NCBI GenBank assembly: GCA_963771175.1
Contig: CAVYSY010000026.1
Location: 512,001-576,000 of the forward strand
Source: an uncultured delta proteobacterium
GTDB taxonomy: Bacteria > Myxococcota > Myxococcia > Myxococcales > Myxococcaceae
Direction: 5' to 3'
Length of the DNA: 64,000 bases
Positions 22,330 through 32,859 of the stretch are shown here, one piece after another (within the stretch, counting starts at the first letter, position 1; each line of letters opens with the position of its first letter). The notes beneath the pieces are model-generated. The model did not search any database. It had not been told where the DNA came from and saw only the letters and a program-made list of their open reading frames with translations. The position numbers and the translations under genes were made by a program.

Positions 22330-23658
22330 ATGCCGGGCGGAATCGTCGGAGCCGATGTGGCGTGGGTGCTGGTCGCGAGCGCGCTGGTCATGCTGATGGT
22401 ACCGGGGCTGGCGCTCTTCTACGGGGGAATGGTGCAGGGCAAGCACGTGCTCTCCACCCTGATGCACAGCTTCGGCGCGCTGGCGGTGGTGACGGTGGTG
22501 TGGGCGCTGTGGGGCTACTCGCTCGCCTTCGGAGAGAGCCACGGAGGCCTCATCGGAGGGGCCACTCACCTGTTCATGAAGGGCGTGGGGACAGAGGCCA
22601 AGGGCACGCTGCCGCACCTCCTCTTCTTCCTCTTCCAGGGCACCTTCGCCGCCATCACGCCCGCGCTCATCAGCGGTGCGTACGCCGAGCGGCTCAAGTT
22701 CTCCGCCTTCCTCCTCTTCACGGTGCTTTGGGCGACGTTCGTGTACGCGCCCGTGGCGCACTGGGTGTGGGCTCCGGACGGCTGGCTGCTGAAGCTGGGC
22801 GCGCTCGACTTCGCGGGTGGCGCCGTGGTGCACCTCACCAGTGGTGTCTCGGCGCTCGTGGTGGCGCTCGTGGTGGGCCGCCGCCGGGGCGCGCGGCAGC
22901 CTCCGCACAACCTCGCCTTCACCCTGTTGGGGGCGGGACTCCTCTGGTTTGGCTGGTTCGGCTTCAACGCGGGCAGTGCGCTCGCCGCCAACGAGCTGGC
23001 CGCGGTCGCCGCGGCCAACACCCACCTGGCGGCCGCGGCCGGCATGGTGGCGTGGGGCCTCGTGGACCTGCTGCGGCTGAAGAAGGTGACGGCGCTGGGA
23101 GCCGCCAGCGGGCTCGTGGCGGGTCTCGTGGGCATCACTCCGGCGGCGGGCTTCGTCTCGCCCCTGGGTGCGCTGGCCATCGGCCTCCTGGCCGGCACGG
23201 CCTGCTACGGCGGCGTCCTCCTCAAGGAGCACCTCGGCTACGACGATGCACTGGACGTGGTCGGCGTGCATGGCGTGGGAGGAGCGCTCGGCGCCCTGCT
23301 CACCGGCGTGTTCGCCACCGTGGCCGTCAATCCCGCCGGAGCCGAGGGCCTCCTCGCTGGCGGCAACTGGGCCCTGCTGGGCAAGCAGGCACTCAGTGTG
23401 CTGGCGGTGGCCGCCTTCTCCGCGCTCCTCACCTTCGTCCTCCTCAAGGGGGTGCAGGCGGTGGCGGGCCTGCGCGTGGATGCCGAGGCCGAGCACGAGG
23501 GGTTGGATCCCCACGTCCATGGCGAGCGCGCCTACCACACCGGCGGCATCTCCCTGGGCAGCCACCACGGCCCGACGCCGCGAGAGGCGTCCCCCTCGGA
23601 GGCCAGCGCCCCCGGGAAGAAGGCGCCGCTCAGCACCGAGCCCGTGATGGAGGGTTAG
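22330..23658 (+). CDS. amtB: Ammonium transporter
   Basis: PGLALFYGG, FQGTFAAIT, ERLKF, LDFAGGAVVH, LWFGWFGFNAGS, GLVGITP, DDALDVVGVHG; GAGGT SD before ATG 22330. Confidence 0.96.
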   Translation: MPGGIVGADVAWVLVASALVMLMVPGLALFYGGMVQGKHVLSTLMHSFGALAVVTVVWALWGYSLAFGESHGGLIGGATHLFMKGVGTEAKGTLPHLLFFLFQGTFAAITPALISGAYAERLKFSAFLLFTVLWATFVYAPVAHWVWAPDGWLLKLGALDFAGGAVVHLTSGVSALVVALVVGRRRGARQPPHNLAFTLLGAGLLWFGWFGFNAGSALAANELAAVAAANTHLAAAAGMVAWGLVDLLRLKKVTALGAASGLVAGLVGITPAAGFVSPLGALAIGLLAGTACYGGVLLKEHLGYDDALDVVGVHGVGGALGALLTGVFATVAVNPAGAEGLLAGGNWALLGKQALSVLAVAAFSALLTFVLLKGVQAVAGLRVDAEAEHEGLDPHVHGERAYHTGGISLGSHHGPTPREASPSEASAPGKKAPLSTEPVMEG

Positions 23659-23709
23659 GGGCGCTCGGGCCTTTCCCCCGGCGGCGAAGTGTCTACCTTC
23701 CGCCACCCC

Positions 23710-25230
23710 ATGGACCGTCCCCTCCCCCTGCTGCGCGCGAGCCTGGACGACTTCCTCGCCCAACTGGCCACCCTCCACTACCGCCACGCCGCCGGCCTCG
23801 CCCCCAACCTCCCCCTGCGCGAGCTCTACGAGGACTCGCCCGAAATCGCCTCCCCCGAGGCCTTCGCCGCCGTCACCGAGGCCGTCCCCAAGGCCCAGGC
23901 CAAGGGCGACCTGCTCGGCGTGCGCCGCCTGCGGCTCCTGCGCGACTTCATCGCCACCCAGGTCGAGGAGGCCCTCGCCGCCTCCCAGGCCGAGGCCATC
24001 TCCCAACTGGAGACCCGCGCCCGCCTCCCCGTGGACGACCAGGTCCTCTCCTTCGGCGAGGCGCTGGGTCAACTCCCCCACGAGCCGGAGCGTGGCCGCC
24101 GCGCCCTGCTCGAGGGCGCCACCGGCAACTTCCTCTGGGACAACCGGGGCCTCTACGGCGACCGCCGCGACGCCGCCTTCCGCGTCACCGAAAAGCTCCG
24201 CGCCCCCAGCTACCTCGCCCTGCGCGAGGACGTCTCCGGCATCGCCCTGGACACGCTCGCCGAGGCCGCGAAGGAGACGCTCGCGCGCACCGAGGACGCC
24301 TACCGCGACGTGCTCGCCTACGTCCTCAAGAAGGTGGAGCCCACGCTGCGCGCCCTGCCCTCGGGCAACGCGCGCAGGCACGACCTGCAGGCCGCCACGC
24401 AGGTGCCGTGGATGAGCGGCTTCTTCCGCCGCGAGGACGAGTGGCCCGCCGTCATTCGCTGGCTCACCGAGTGGGGCTTCCACCCCGCCGCCAACGGCCG
24501 CATCCGCATCGACGACGAGGAGCGCCCCGGCAAGGCCTCGCGCCCCTTCACCGCCGCGGTGCGCGTGCCGGACGAGGTGCGCCTGGTGGTGCGGCGGCGC
24601 GCGGGCCTGGATGCCCTCGGGAGCCTGCTGCACGAGTACGGCCACGCCCTGCACCACGCCCACGTGTCGGACAAGCTCCCGCTGGAGCTGCGCCGGCTGG
24701 GGGACGCCTCGGTGACGGAGTCCTTCGCCACCCTCTTCGAGCGGCTCCTCCTGAACGAGGAGTGGCTGAAGCGCTACCTGCGCCTGCCCTCGCCCACCGC
24801 GCGCGACGCCTCCCGCCTGGCGGCCTTCCAGGCCCTCACCGTGCTGCGCCGGCACTGCGCGAAGCTCCCCTACGAGCTGTCCCTCTACAAACACGGCGCC
24901 TCGCCCGAGCGGGCCGAGGAGTACGCGGACGCCCAGCGGCGCGCGCTCTTCGTCGAGCCGCACCCGGGCTTCTTCCTCTTCGACGTGGATCCTCAGCTCT
25001 ACGTGACGCGCTACCTGCGCGCCTGGGCGCTGGAGACTCGCTTCACGGAGCAGCTCACCGCGCGCTTCAACGAGGACTGGTGGCGCAACCCCGCCGCGGG
25101 TCGCTGGCTCCAGGGGTACTTCGGGCGGGGTGGCACCGACGACGCCGAGGCACTCGCCTCGGAGGTTTCGGGAAAAGCACTCGCGCTCCCCGAGGCGGGG
25201 AGCCGCCTCGTGGCCTTGCTGGACCGCTGA
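23710..25230 (+). CDS. Zinc metallopeptidase-like protein (M3/M2 gluzincin-like)
   Basis: RPGKASR, HEYGH zincin motif and downstream VTESFA third ligand. Confidence 0.75.
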   Translation: MDRPLPLLRASLDDFLAQLATLHYRHAAGLAPNLPLRELYEDSPEIASPEAFAAVTEAVPKAQAKGDLLGVRRLRLLRDFIATQVEEALAASQAEAISQLETRARLPVDDQVLSFGEALGQLPHEPERGRRALLEGATGNFLWDNRGLYGDRRDAAFRVTEKLRAPSYLALREDVSGIALDTLAEAAKETLARTEDAYRDVLAYVLKKVEPTLRALPSGNARRHDLQAATQVPWMSGFFRREDEWPAVIRWLTEWGFHPAANGRIRIDDEERPGKASRPFTAAVRVPDEVRLVVRRRAGLDALGSLLHEYGHALHHAHVSDKLPLELRRLGDASVTESFATLFERLLLNEEWLKRYLRLPSPTARDASRLAAFQALTVLRRHCAKLPYELSLYKHGASPERAEEYADAQRRALFVEPHPGFFLFDVDPQLYVTRYLRAWALETRFTEQLTARFNEDWWRNPAAGRWLQGYFGRGGTDDAEALASEVSGKALALPEAGSRLVALLDR

Positions 25231-25247
25231 GTGGCTCCCCCGAGGGG

Positions 25248-25574
25248 CTACTTCTTCTTGCGCAGCGCGCGGACGATCTTGTCCTTCGTCGCGCTGGTGG
25301 CCGCGGCCACCTTGGGCTTGCTGGCCGACTTCGTCTGGCCGGTGCGCTCGCGCATGGCCTTCATGAGCTGCATCTCGATGAGGAGCAGTTCGTCCCCAAG
25401 CTGCTCATTGTTGCCCGCGGCACGAGGAAGCGGCGCGCTCTTGCTGGCAGCCCCGGCACCGTGCCGCATGCGCAGCACCTTCTCCTCCTCGGACGTCAGG
25501 GTGTGCGCCTTCTCCAGCGCCACCTTGGCTTCCTTGGCCGACACCGTCGTGCTGCTACCGACCTTGCGCTCCAT
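25248..25574 (-). CDS. Small basic protein with sigma70 region-4.1-like segment
   Basis: LTSEEEKVLRMRHG resembles RpoD LTPREEKVLRMRFG; GGAG SD; K-rich tail. Confidence 0.7.
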   Translation of the reverse strand: MERKVGSSTTVSAKEAKVALEKAHTLTSEEEKVLRMRHGAGAASKSAPLPRAAGNNEQLGDELLLIEMQLMKAMRERTGQTKSASKPKVAAATSATKDKIVRALRKKK

Positions 25575-25645
25575 CTCCGCTCCCTTGCTTGTGGGCACCT
25601 GAACATCCGAGCATGTCGGACGCGCCTGAGCCGCAACCGACGGGG

Positions 25646-25673
25646 ATTGTAGAGAACGCAAGAGGACGGTCAA
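25646..25673 (-). promoter_or_regulatory. Sigma70-type promoter
   Basis: TTGACC-N16-TACAAT upstream of the 25574 gene. Confidence 0.5.
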
Positions 25674-25773
25674 ATTTTCTTCCAACATCCCGATGCCGCC
25701 CTGTAGCGACCTGCCCCGGAGGCGACAACCAGCGCCCCCGGCCCGGAGAACCCACGGGCCGGGCAAGCCGGGC

Positions 25774-26814
25774 TCAGTTGCCCTCGTCGTCCGAGGGCTC
25801 GTCGGCGGGGGTGGCGGCCCCCGTGTTGGTGGCGTCCTCGGGCTTGTTGCGGGGGATGCCGAAGCGGTCCAGCGCGTCGGCGATACCCTGCGGCTTGTCC
25901 ACGTCCGGCAGGAAGTCCTGGGGCGGCTGCAACCGGGGGTCCTGGCCAATCTCACTCAGCGCGGAATCCAGCACCATGCGCAGCTCGGCGGCGCCCCCCA
26001 CGTCGTTGGCGGGCACCGTGATGCGCCCATCGAGGCGGGCCTTGAGGACCGCGGACGTCTCGGCGTCCACCAGCACCTCGCCGCTCAGGGACTTGGGGGT
26101 GCGGTTCTCGAAGAAGGCCAGGCGGCGCTTCGTGGTGTCATCGCGGCCGTGCTTGGGCTCGAGGAGCGCGGGGAGGACGGCCGGGGTGGTGCCCGTGTCG
26201 CCTTCCGGCCCCAGCTCCACGACGTAGCGCCAGGCGGTGCGGCCCTCATGGGTGACGGTGCCCTGGGGGGCCAGGTGCAGCCGGCCCCGGAAGAGCGAGT
26301 CCACGTCGCGGATGGCGCCGGTGAGCTCCGTGCGGGTGCGCTCGGCCATGCCCCGGTCGCGCAGGCGCTGGCGGAAGGTGCCGTAGCGGTTGCGGGCGTA
26401 CACCTTGCCCTCCACGCGCATCACCTCCAGGCCCTGGTCGCGACTGTTCTCCAGCACACCATGGAAGTCGCCGCCGACCCCGCCGCGGCCGGCCCGGAAG
26501 GTCCGGGTTTCCGACAGTTTGACGGGGGTGGTGCCCGGGGCGCCGGCCCACTCGTAGCTGACGGTGGCCTTGTAGGTGTGGGGGCCGAGGCGCTCGGTCA
26601 CCTCGGCGGCGTCCATGGACAGGATGCGGCGCGCCACGCGGGGATTGTCCGCCACGTCCTCGGGCGGAAGCTTCTCGGCGGCCGAGGCCACCACCTTGGG
26701 CGGGTCCTCGGGAGAGAAGATGCGCACCTTGGCCGCCTTGTCGACGGGGTCCTGACAGCCCACGGCGGCGAGCGCCAGGGCGGCGGCGATGGCGAACTTC
26801 TGGAAACGGGTCAC
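25774..26814 (-). CDS. Hypothetical lipoprotein
   Basis: Signal peptide with lipobox AVGC; strong GC3 codon bias. Confidence 0.8.
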   Translation of the reverse strand: MTRFQKFAIAAALALAAVGCQDPVDKAAKVRIFSPEDPPKVVASAAEKLPPEDVADNPRVARRILSMDAAEVTERLGPHTYKATVSYEWAGAPGTTPVKLSETRTFRAGRGGVGGDFHGVLENSRDQGLEVMRVEGKVYARNRYGTFRQRLRDRGMAERTRTELTGAIRDVDSLFRGRLHLAPQGTVTHEGRTAWRYVVELGPEGDTGTTPAVLPALLEPKHGRDDTTKRRLAFFENRTPKSLSGEVLVDAETSAVLKARLDGRITVPANDVGGAAELRMVLDSALSEIGQDPRLQPPQDFLPDVDKPQGIADALDRFGIPRNKPEDATNTGAATPADEPSDDEGN

Positions 26815-26916
26815 GGCTCCTCCGGCTCCAAGCGGGGGTTGCCCAAATTACGGGGTGGGTGCTGGAGCGGCAAGGGACGGCTTGCGCGCGGCAATGTACG
26901 GGATAGAACGCCTTTT

Positions 26917-27780
26917 ATGCAGAACCTGCGTGACAAGCTCTTGAAGGCCGGCCTGGTCTCCGAGGACCAGGCGAAGAAGGCGGAGACCACCCCAGCCGCT
27001 CGCCGTCCCACGCCCTCCCTGGCGCCTCGGCGTGAGGGACCGCCTTCCGGCGGGGAGAGGGACGCGCGCGAAGCCCGCGAGCCGCGCGGCCGCGAGGAGC
27101 GCCCACCGCGCCGAGAAGGTGGACGGCCCGAGGGTGGGCGTCCCCAGGGCGGGCGCCCCCAGGGAGGTGGCCGTCCTCAGGGAGGTGGCCGTCCTCAGGG
27201 CGGGCGCCCCCAGGGTGGACGTCCTCAGGGCGGGCGACCGGGCGTGGAGTCGGCTGGCAGCGTGGTTCCCAAGCTGCCGCCACTGCCGGGCTCGAAGGCG
27301 GCCCAGCGGATCGAATCCAAGAAGCAGGCGGAGCAGGACCGGAAGCTGCGCGAGCTCGTCCACAACGGGCAGGTGCCCGTGGACGTGGGCGCCACCGTCT
27401 TCTACTTCATGACGCGCAAGGGCAAGCTGCGCCGGCTGGAGCTGACCGAGACACAGGCCAAGCAGCTCGAGGAGGGCGTGCTGGCGGTGGTGGAGCGGCC
27501 GGAGCCGGCTCAAATCGAGCACTCGCTGGTGCCGGCGGAGGTGGCCGAGCAGATGTACGCCCTCTCCCAGAAGTCGGTGCGCTTCCTCAACCGGAAGGAC
27601 ATGCCCGTCGGCTTCATGAACGACGACCAGCTCAAGGCGCAGCAGGCGGCGGAAGCGGCGGGCGAGGTGCAGGAGGTGGAGGAGGACGAGTCCACCGAGG
27701 GCGGCGAGGAGTCCGGCACGGAGGAAGCCGCCGCCGAGGGCACGCCGACGCCCGAGGGCTCCGAGCCCACGCAGTCCTGA
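26917..27780 (+). CDS. DUF2058 (YaiL-like) family protein with GGRPQG repeats and acidic tail
   Basis: MQNLRDKLLKAGLV N-terminus typical of DUF2058; repeats at ~27120-27240. Confidence 0.8.
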   Translation: MQNLRDKLLKAGLVSEDQAKKAETTPAARRPTPSLAPRREGPPSGGERDAREAREPRGREERPPRREGGRPEGGRPQGGRPQGGGRPQGGGRPQGGRPQGGRPQGGRPGVESAGSVVPKLPPLPGSKAAQRIESKKQAEQDRKLRELVHNGQVPVDVGATVFYFMTRKGKLRRLELTETQAKQLEEGVLAVVERPEPAQIEHSLVPAEVAEQMYALSQKSVRFLNRKDMPVGFMNDDQLKAQQAAEAAGEVQEVEEDESTEGGEESGTEEAAAEGTPTPEGSEPTQS

Positions 27781-27808
27781 GCACTCCCACCCCACTTTGA
27801 ACCTCACC

Positions 27809-27843
27809 ACGGGCCCCGGCGAACACCGGGGCCCGTTTCATTT
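27809..27843 (+). terminator. Intrinsic terminator between convergent genes
   Basis: ACGGGCCCCGG-CGAACA-CCGGGGCCCGT followed by TTCATTT. Confidence 0.75.
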
Positions 27844-27855
27844 CCCCCGGTGCGG

Positions 27856-29301
<1,446 letters not shown>

Positions 29302-29533
29302 GTGAAATGGCTCCGGGTTCAGAAGAGGCTGCCCCTCCATTACACCACCCCGGGCCTCAATGGGCGGGCCTGTCGTGGGGCCCGTCTTCCGCACGTCAGG
29401 ACTCCCGCTTCCCAGGCTGGAAACACGGGCGGTGCTGACGCACCGCGGCGGAGTGAGCACGACACGCGAGCGGTTGAGCTCCCAACTCCGTGTTATTCCA
29501 GAAACCCGCCCTGTGCCCTGGCCCGGAGATACG

Positions 29534-30376
29534 GTGTCCTCTCTTCAATCTGGCTCGCCCTCGATTCGGGCTCAGTCGCCTGCGAAATTCCTCCTCGCCA
29601 TCGCGGCCGCCGCGTGCCTCTGCGTCTCCTGCACCACAACCCCGTACGCTCCGCGCGGCTCGCCCTCTTGGGGTGAGCAGCTCACCGGCGGACGCTCCCA
29701 GTTCCACCAGTCGTGCGGAGCTACCTGCGCCGCCCCGGTCAATGCGAGCACCGGGGAGATGCTCGCGCCGGCAGCGGCCCGGGTCAGTCCCGTGGTCGAG
29801 AAGGTCGTCCAGGCTGTTGAGGCCGCCCAGGGATTCATCACCGTCACCAGGTTTCTCGACGAAGCACAGAAAGGCATCGTCGAGGACATCCTGCGCGGGT
29901 GCGTGCGAGAGGCCAATACGAAGGTGGACGATGAACTCTTCGGGAAAGGGCGGTCCTTGCCCGACTCCGAGTGCAACAAAGAACCAACCGTCCGGGACAA
30001 GCTCGCCCCTGATTGGCGGAGGCACCTCGGGAAGCTGAAGCATGCCGTTGCCTTCGAATGCATTCAGCGGCGGCTCTCGGAGAAGTTCCCCGATAACTTC
30101 TCCATCGAGCCGCGCCTCCGAAGAGACGAACTCACCCGGGAGGTGCTACTCACCGACAGGCGAGCCGGCTCGTTGAAGCCGGATATCGTCCTCCACTTCA
30201 CTCGCAACATCACTCGGATTCAGTGCATCTATGACCTCAAGTTCCCCTGCGGCTACGCAGTGGGTAGCAACCCATGGTCACCCGATGTTGTTTTGCAAAT
30301 GAGGTCCTACGGAGGCCTCGGCGGTGAGTGCCCACCTGCCCTCGTCACCCCTCAGTATGGCATCGTTCGCCAATAA
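29534..30376 (+). CDS. Putative lipoprotein toxin with C-terminal PD-(D/E)xK nuclease-like domain
   Basis: Lipobox-like CVSC, KPDIVLH...YDLKFPC motif, immediately followed by a DUF3396 gene; lower GC; start uncertain (GTG 29534 with GGAG). Confidence 0.7.
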   Translation: MSSLQSGSPSIRAQSPAKFLLAIAAAACLCVSCTTTPYAPRGSPSWGEQLTGGRSQFHQSCGATCAAPVNASTGEMLAPAAARVSPVVEKVVQAVEAAQGFITVTRFLDEAQKGIVEDILRGCVREANTKVDDELFGKGRSLPDSECNKEPTVRDKLAPDWRRHLGKLKHAVAFECIQRRLSEKFPDNFSIEPRLRRDELTREVLLTDRRAGSLKPDIVLHFTRNITRIQCIYDLKFPCGYAVGSNPWSPDVVLQMRSYGGLGGECPPALVTPQYGIVRQ

Positions 30377-30384
30377 GAGAGCCG

Positions 30385-31401
30385 ATGCCCTCGACCTACC
30401 CGCGAGTCCGAATACCCGGCCCTGTCAAATACACCTCTTCAACCTCGGGGTCAGGGGTCGTTGAACACTCGTGGGACCGCCTCATCGCACGAGACCTCGT
30501 GCGCATCGTCTTCTTCGTGCCTCGCGACCATTTCGATATCGCGGCGGGGGTATCCCATGCCCTCGACAGTTACCTGAGCGCAGTGGAGGGTCGCCCGAGC
30601 GCCTTGTTCGAATACACCTGCTGCTACTGGGAGCCGTCCAGGCTCGACGACAGGGGTTGGGAGCTCATTCGAGACACCCTGAACCCGAAAGAGCGCAGGT
30701 ACTTCGACGATTACGATGAGGATGAGGCCTTTCATCCAGAGAAGGCCGGTGCGGAGCCCTACTTCGGCATCTACGGTGAACAGGACAGCGGCTTCTCCTT
30801 CGCGTACCACGCGCGCATTCCGTGGCGCGACGCACTGCCCAGCAGCGTGAGTGTCCTCCGCGCCTCCCTGCCAACGGAATACCTCGAGGAGCGGGGGGCT
30901 GGCTTCGTGCGCGAGCTCGTCCTCGACATGGCATCCCGGCTTCCCTTTGCCTCCGGGCACGCGGGCCTTGCGCTTGAGGTCGCGTCCTCCAGCCTGGACC
31001 GATTCGATAGCCTGCGCCCACTGATTTTCCGTCATCCCGGCTTCGATATTCGGGACGCCAGCATTCACGACAATCTCGGCACCCGGGTGGATGGAGTCCA
31101 CTGGATGAACTTCCTGGGCCCGCCCGTGATTGACGAACTCGGGGGGGCAGCGGGCCTCCGCGCGAAGCTCCAATCCTCCTCCACCGTGCAGGAACTAGAC
31201 GGAGAGCGCGTGCTGGTGACCCTGGGGCCAGAGCCCGAAGCAGGAGACCTGGCTCATGGCCAGCCCCTCCCCGCGTACCGCGAACTCGCGCGGGTGCTGG
31301 AGCCCTGGCAGGAGCCATTCCCTTGGGAGTTTCTCCACCACCAGGGCCGCGCCACCGAGGAGCAGGAACTGCGTCGCTGGTGGAGGCGCTTCCTCGACTG
31401 A
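30385..31401 (+). CDS. DUF3396 / TsiV-like immunity protein
   Basis: LPTEYLEERG, LPFASGHAGL, HPGFD, VDGVHWMNFLG, LPAYRELARVLEP, RRWWRRFLD. Confidence 0.88.
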   Translation: MPSTYPRVRIPGPVKYTSSTSGSGVVEHSWDRLIARDLVRIVFFVPRDHFDIAAGVSHALDSYLSAVEGRPSALFEYTCCYWEPSRLDDRGWELIRDTLNPKERRYFDDYDEDEAFHPEKAGAEPYFGIYGEQDSGFSFAYHARIPWRDALPSSVSVLRASLPTEYLEERGAGFVRELVLDMASRLPFASGHAGLALEVASSSLDRFDSLRPLIFRHPGFDIRDASIHDNLGTRVDGVHWMNFLGPPVIDELGGAAGLRAKLQSSSTVQELDGERVLVTLGPEPEAGDLAHGQPLPAYRELARVLEPWQEPFPWEFLHHQGRATEEQELRRWWRRFLD

Positions 31402-31509
31402 TGCAGCGGAGGAGAGAAGCAATAGCACCTGGGGGCTGCCCGCCCCCCCGAAAGGCTCAGCTGAAGGCGTCGTAGCCGGTGCTGGCCTTGCCGAGTACCA
31501 GCGTGTGCA
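31376..31509 (+). repeat. Left copy of the duplicated junction (DUF3396 3' end + gcdH 3' end)
   Basis: 31376-31408 matches 44873-44905 (32/33); 31452-31509 matches 44920-44977 (56/58). Confidence 0.9.
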
Positions 31510-31583
31510 TCTTGGCCCACACCACGGCCACGTTGGCGAGGGTGCCATTCGTAATCCACGTCTTCGAGCCGTTGGGCACCCAG
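31457..31583 (-). pseudogene. gcdH: Internally deleted remnant of glutaryl-CoA dehydrogenase
   Basis: WVPNGSKTWITNGTLANVAVVWAK joined in frame to HTLVLGKASTGYDAFS; matches 45560-45633 and 44925-44977. Confidence 0.85.
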
Positions 31584-32206
31584 CGCCCGCTGCCGGACGG
31601 CACGACGCACCTGCCCTTCACTGGGCTGGAACTTTTACGGCGTGTGGCGTCCCTGGTGCCTCCGCCTCGGGCAAACCTCACGAGGCTCCACGGCGTCTTC
31701 GCTCCAGGCGCCAAACTGCGGCCATTTCTGGTCCCCCAGGCGGAGGAGGAGAGCGCGGGGATTGAGGCAGCGGCCAGAAAGGAGCGGCGGATGAAGGAGA
31801 CAACGCCGCGAGGGGACTGGGCGGAGCTGCTGCGCAGGACGTTCGACTTCGACGTGTTCGCCTGCGTGCGGTGTGGAGGCAGGCGACGGGTTTTGGCGTA
31901 CATGAAGGGAGCAGGAGGGGGACGAGCGATTCTCGCTCACCTGGGCTTGCCCACGGCAGGTGCGCGCCTGGCTCCGGCGCGAGGGCCTTCCCAGTCCGCG
32001 TGGTGTTGAGGCCCCAGCCGCCACAGCCAAGAGAACCCCTGCCGCGCCCCTTCTGGGAGGGCGGCCTGGGCCGGCGTGTACCCCAAGGGGGCTGCGCGGC
32101 CTCTGCACCGGCCGGGCGCACAACTCGGGCGGCCTCCATCAGCGGCCCTCCTCGGCCCCTCGGCACCTGCCCTCCTCCCTCAACAGGCCTTCAATCCGTC
32201 CTATGC
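31584..32206 (+). mobile_element. IS91/ISCR-like rolling-circle transposase remnant (3' part) with putative oriIS end
   Basis: DGTTHL..TGLELLRRVASLVPPPRANLTRLHGVFAP, DWAELLRRTFDFDVFACVRCGG, ILAHLGL, PARGP; ends in TCCTATGC near 32206, where an unrelated gene fragment begins. Confidence 0.82.
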
Positions 32207-32608
32207 TCCGAGTTCTACGTGGACGGCGAGCTGCGATTCACGGACACGGGCACGGACAACCCCTTCCATTTCGGCGGCGAGCACAACCGCTGGGACACCA
32301 CGGGGCTGGCGCCGGGTGGGCACCTGGTGCGCTTCGTCGTGGTGGACAGTGCGGGGATGCAGGACCATGCCGAGGTGAAGGTGTGCGTCGGTGACGGGAA
32401 CTGCGAGCTATCGCAGCCGGACGCCGGGCCGGGCCAGCCTTCGTCCGTCGATGCGCAGGGGGGCTGCGGCTGCGGTGCGGCTCCGGTGGCTCCGCTCGCG
32501 TGGCTGGCGCTGGGCGCGCTGGGCGCGCGGGCGCGGGCGCGCTGGCGCTCCGGCGGAGGCGGGCGCGTGAGGAGTGATTCATACCGCCACTCTCTCGGTG
32601 ACGGATGA
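32207..32608 (+). pseudogene. 5'-truncated gene with Ig-like (Big) domain and MYXO-CTERM sorting signal
   Basis: EFYVDG...WDTTGLAPGGH..VVVD; GGCGCGAAP + hydrophobic stretch + Arg-rich tail. Confidence 0.7.
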
Positions 32609-32705
32609 ACGCGGCGCCACCTGCTCCGGCACCGTCACCCTCTCGGTGCTCGCGGACTTGAGGACGAATGGGTCTCGCGGCCTCGGCCGAAAAATAGAAA
32701 CCGGA

Positions 32706-32729
32706 GTGGAGGCGGCGAGAATCGAACCC
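32706..32729 (-). other. tmRNA/tRNA 3'-end-like fragment (possible att-site remnant)
   Basis: Minus strand GGGTTCGATTCTCGCCGCCTCCAC resembles the ssrA 3' end GGTTCGATTCCCGCCGCCTCCACCA; no rest of the gene. Confidence 0.5.
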
Positions 32730-32859
32730 TCAGACAAGGCGATGGAAAACCCCAGGCAGGACACGCCGGCCCCTCTGCACCCTCCCTCCCCTTCAAGCTC
32801 CCGGGGCCGCTCTGGCTCTCGTATTTCTGACCGGCGGCACTCCCTGCCATCCCGAACGC

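Noticed and set aside
22144..25652. Very long alternative-frame and antisense ORFs (e.g. 939 aa, 1111 aa; also 37066-39576)
   Set aside because: Shadow ORFs expected at this GC content; they overlap clear genes and lack recognisable motifs.
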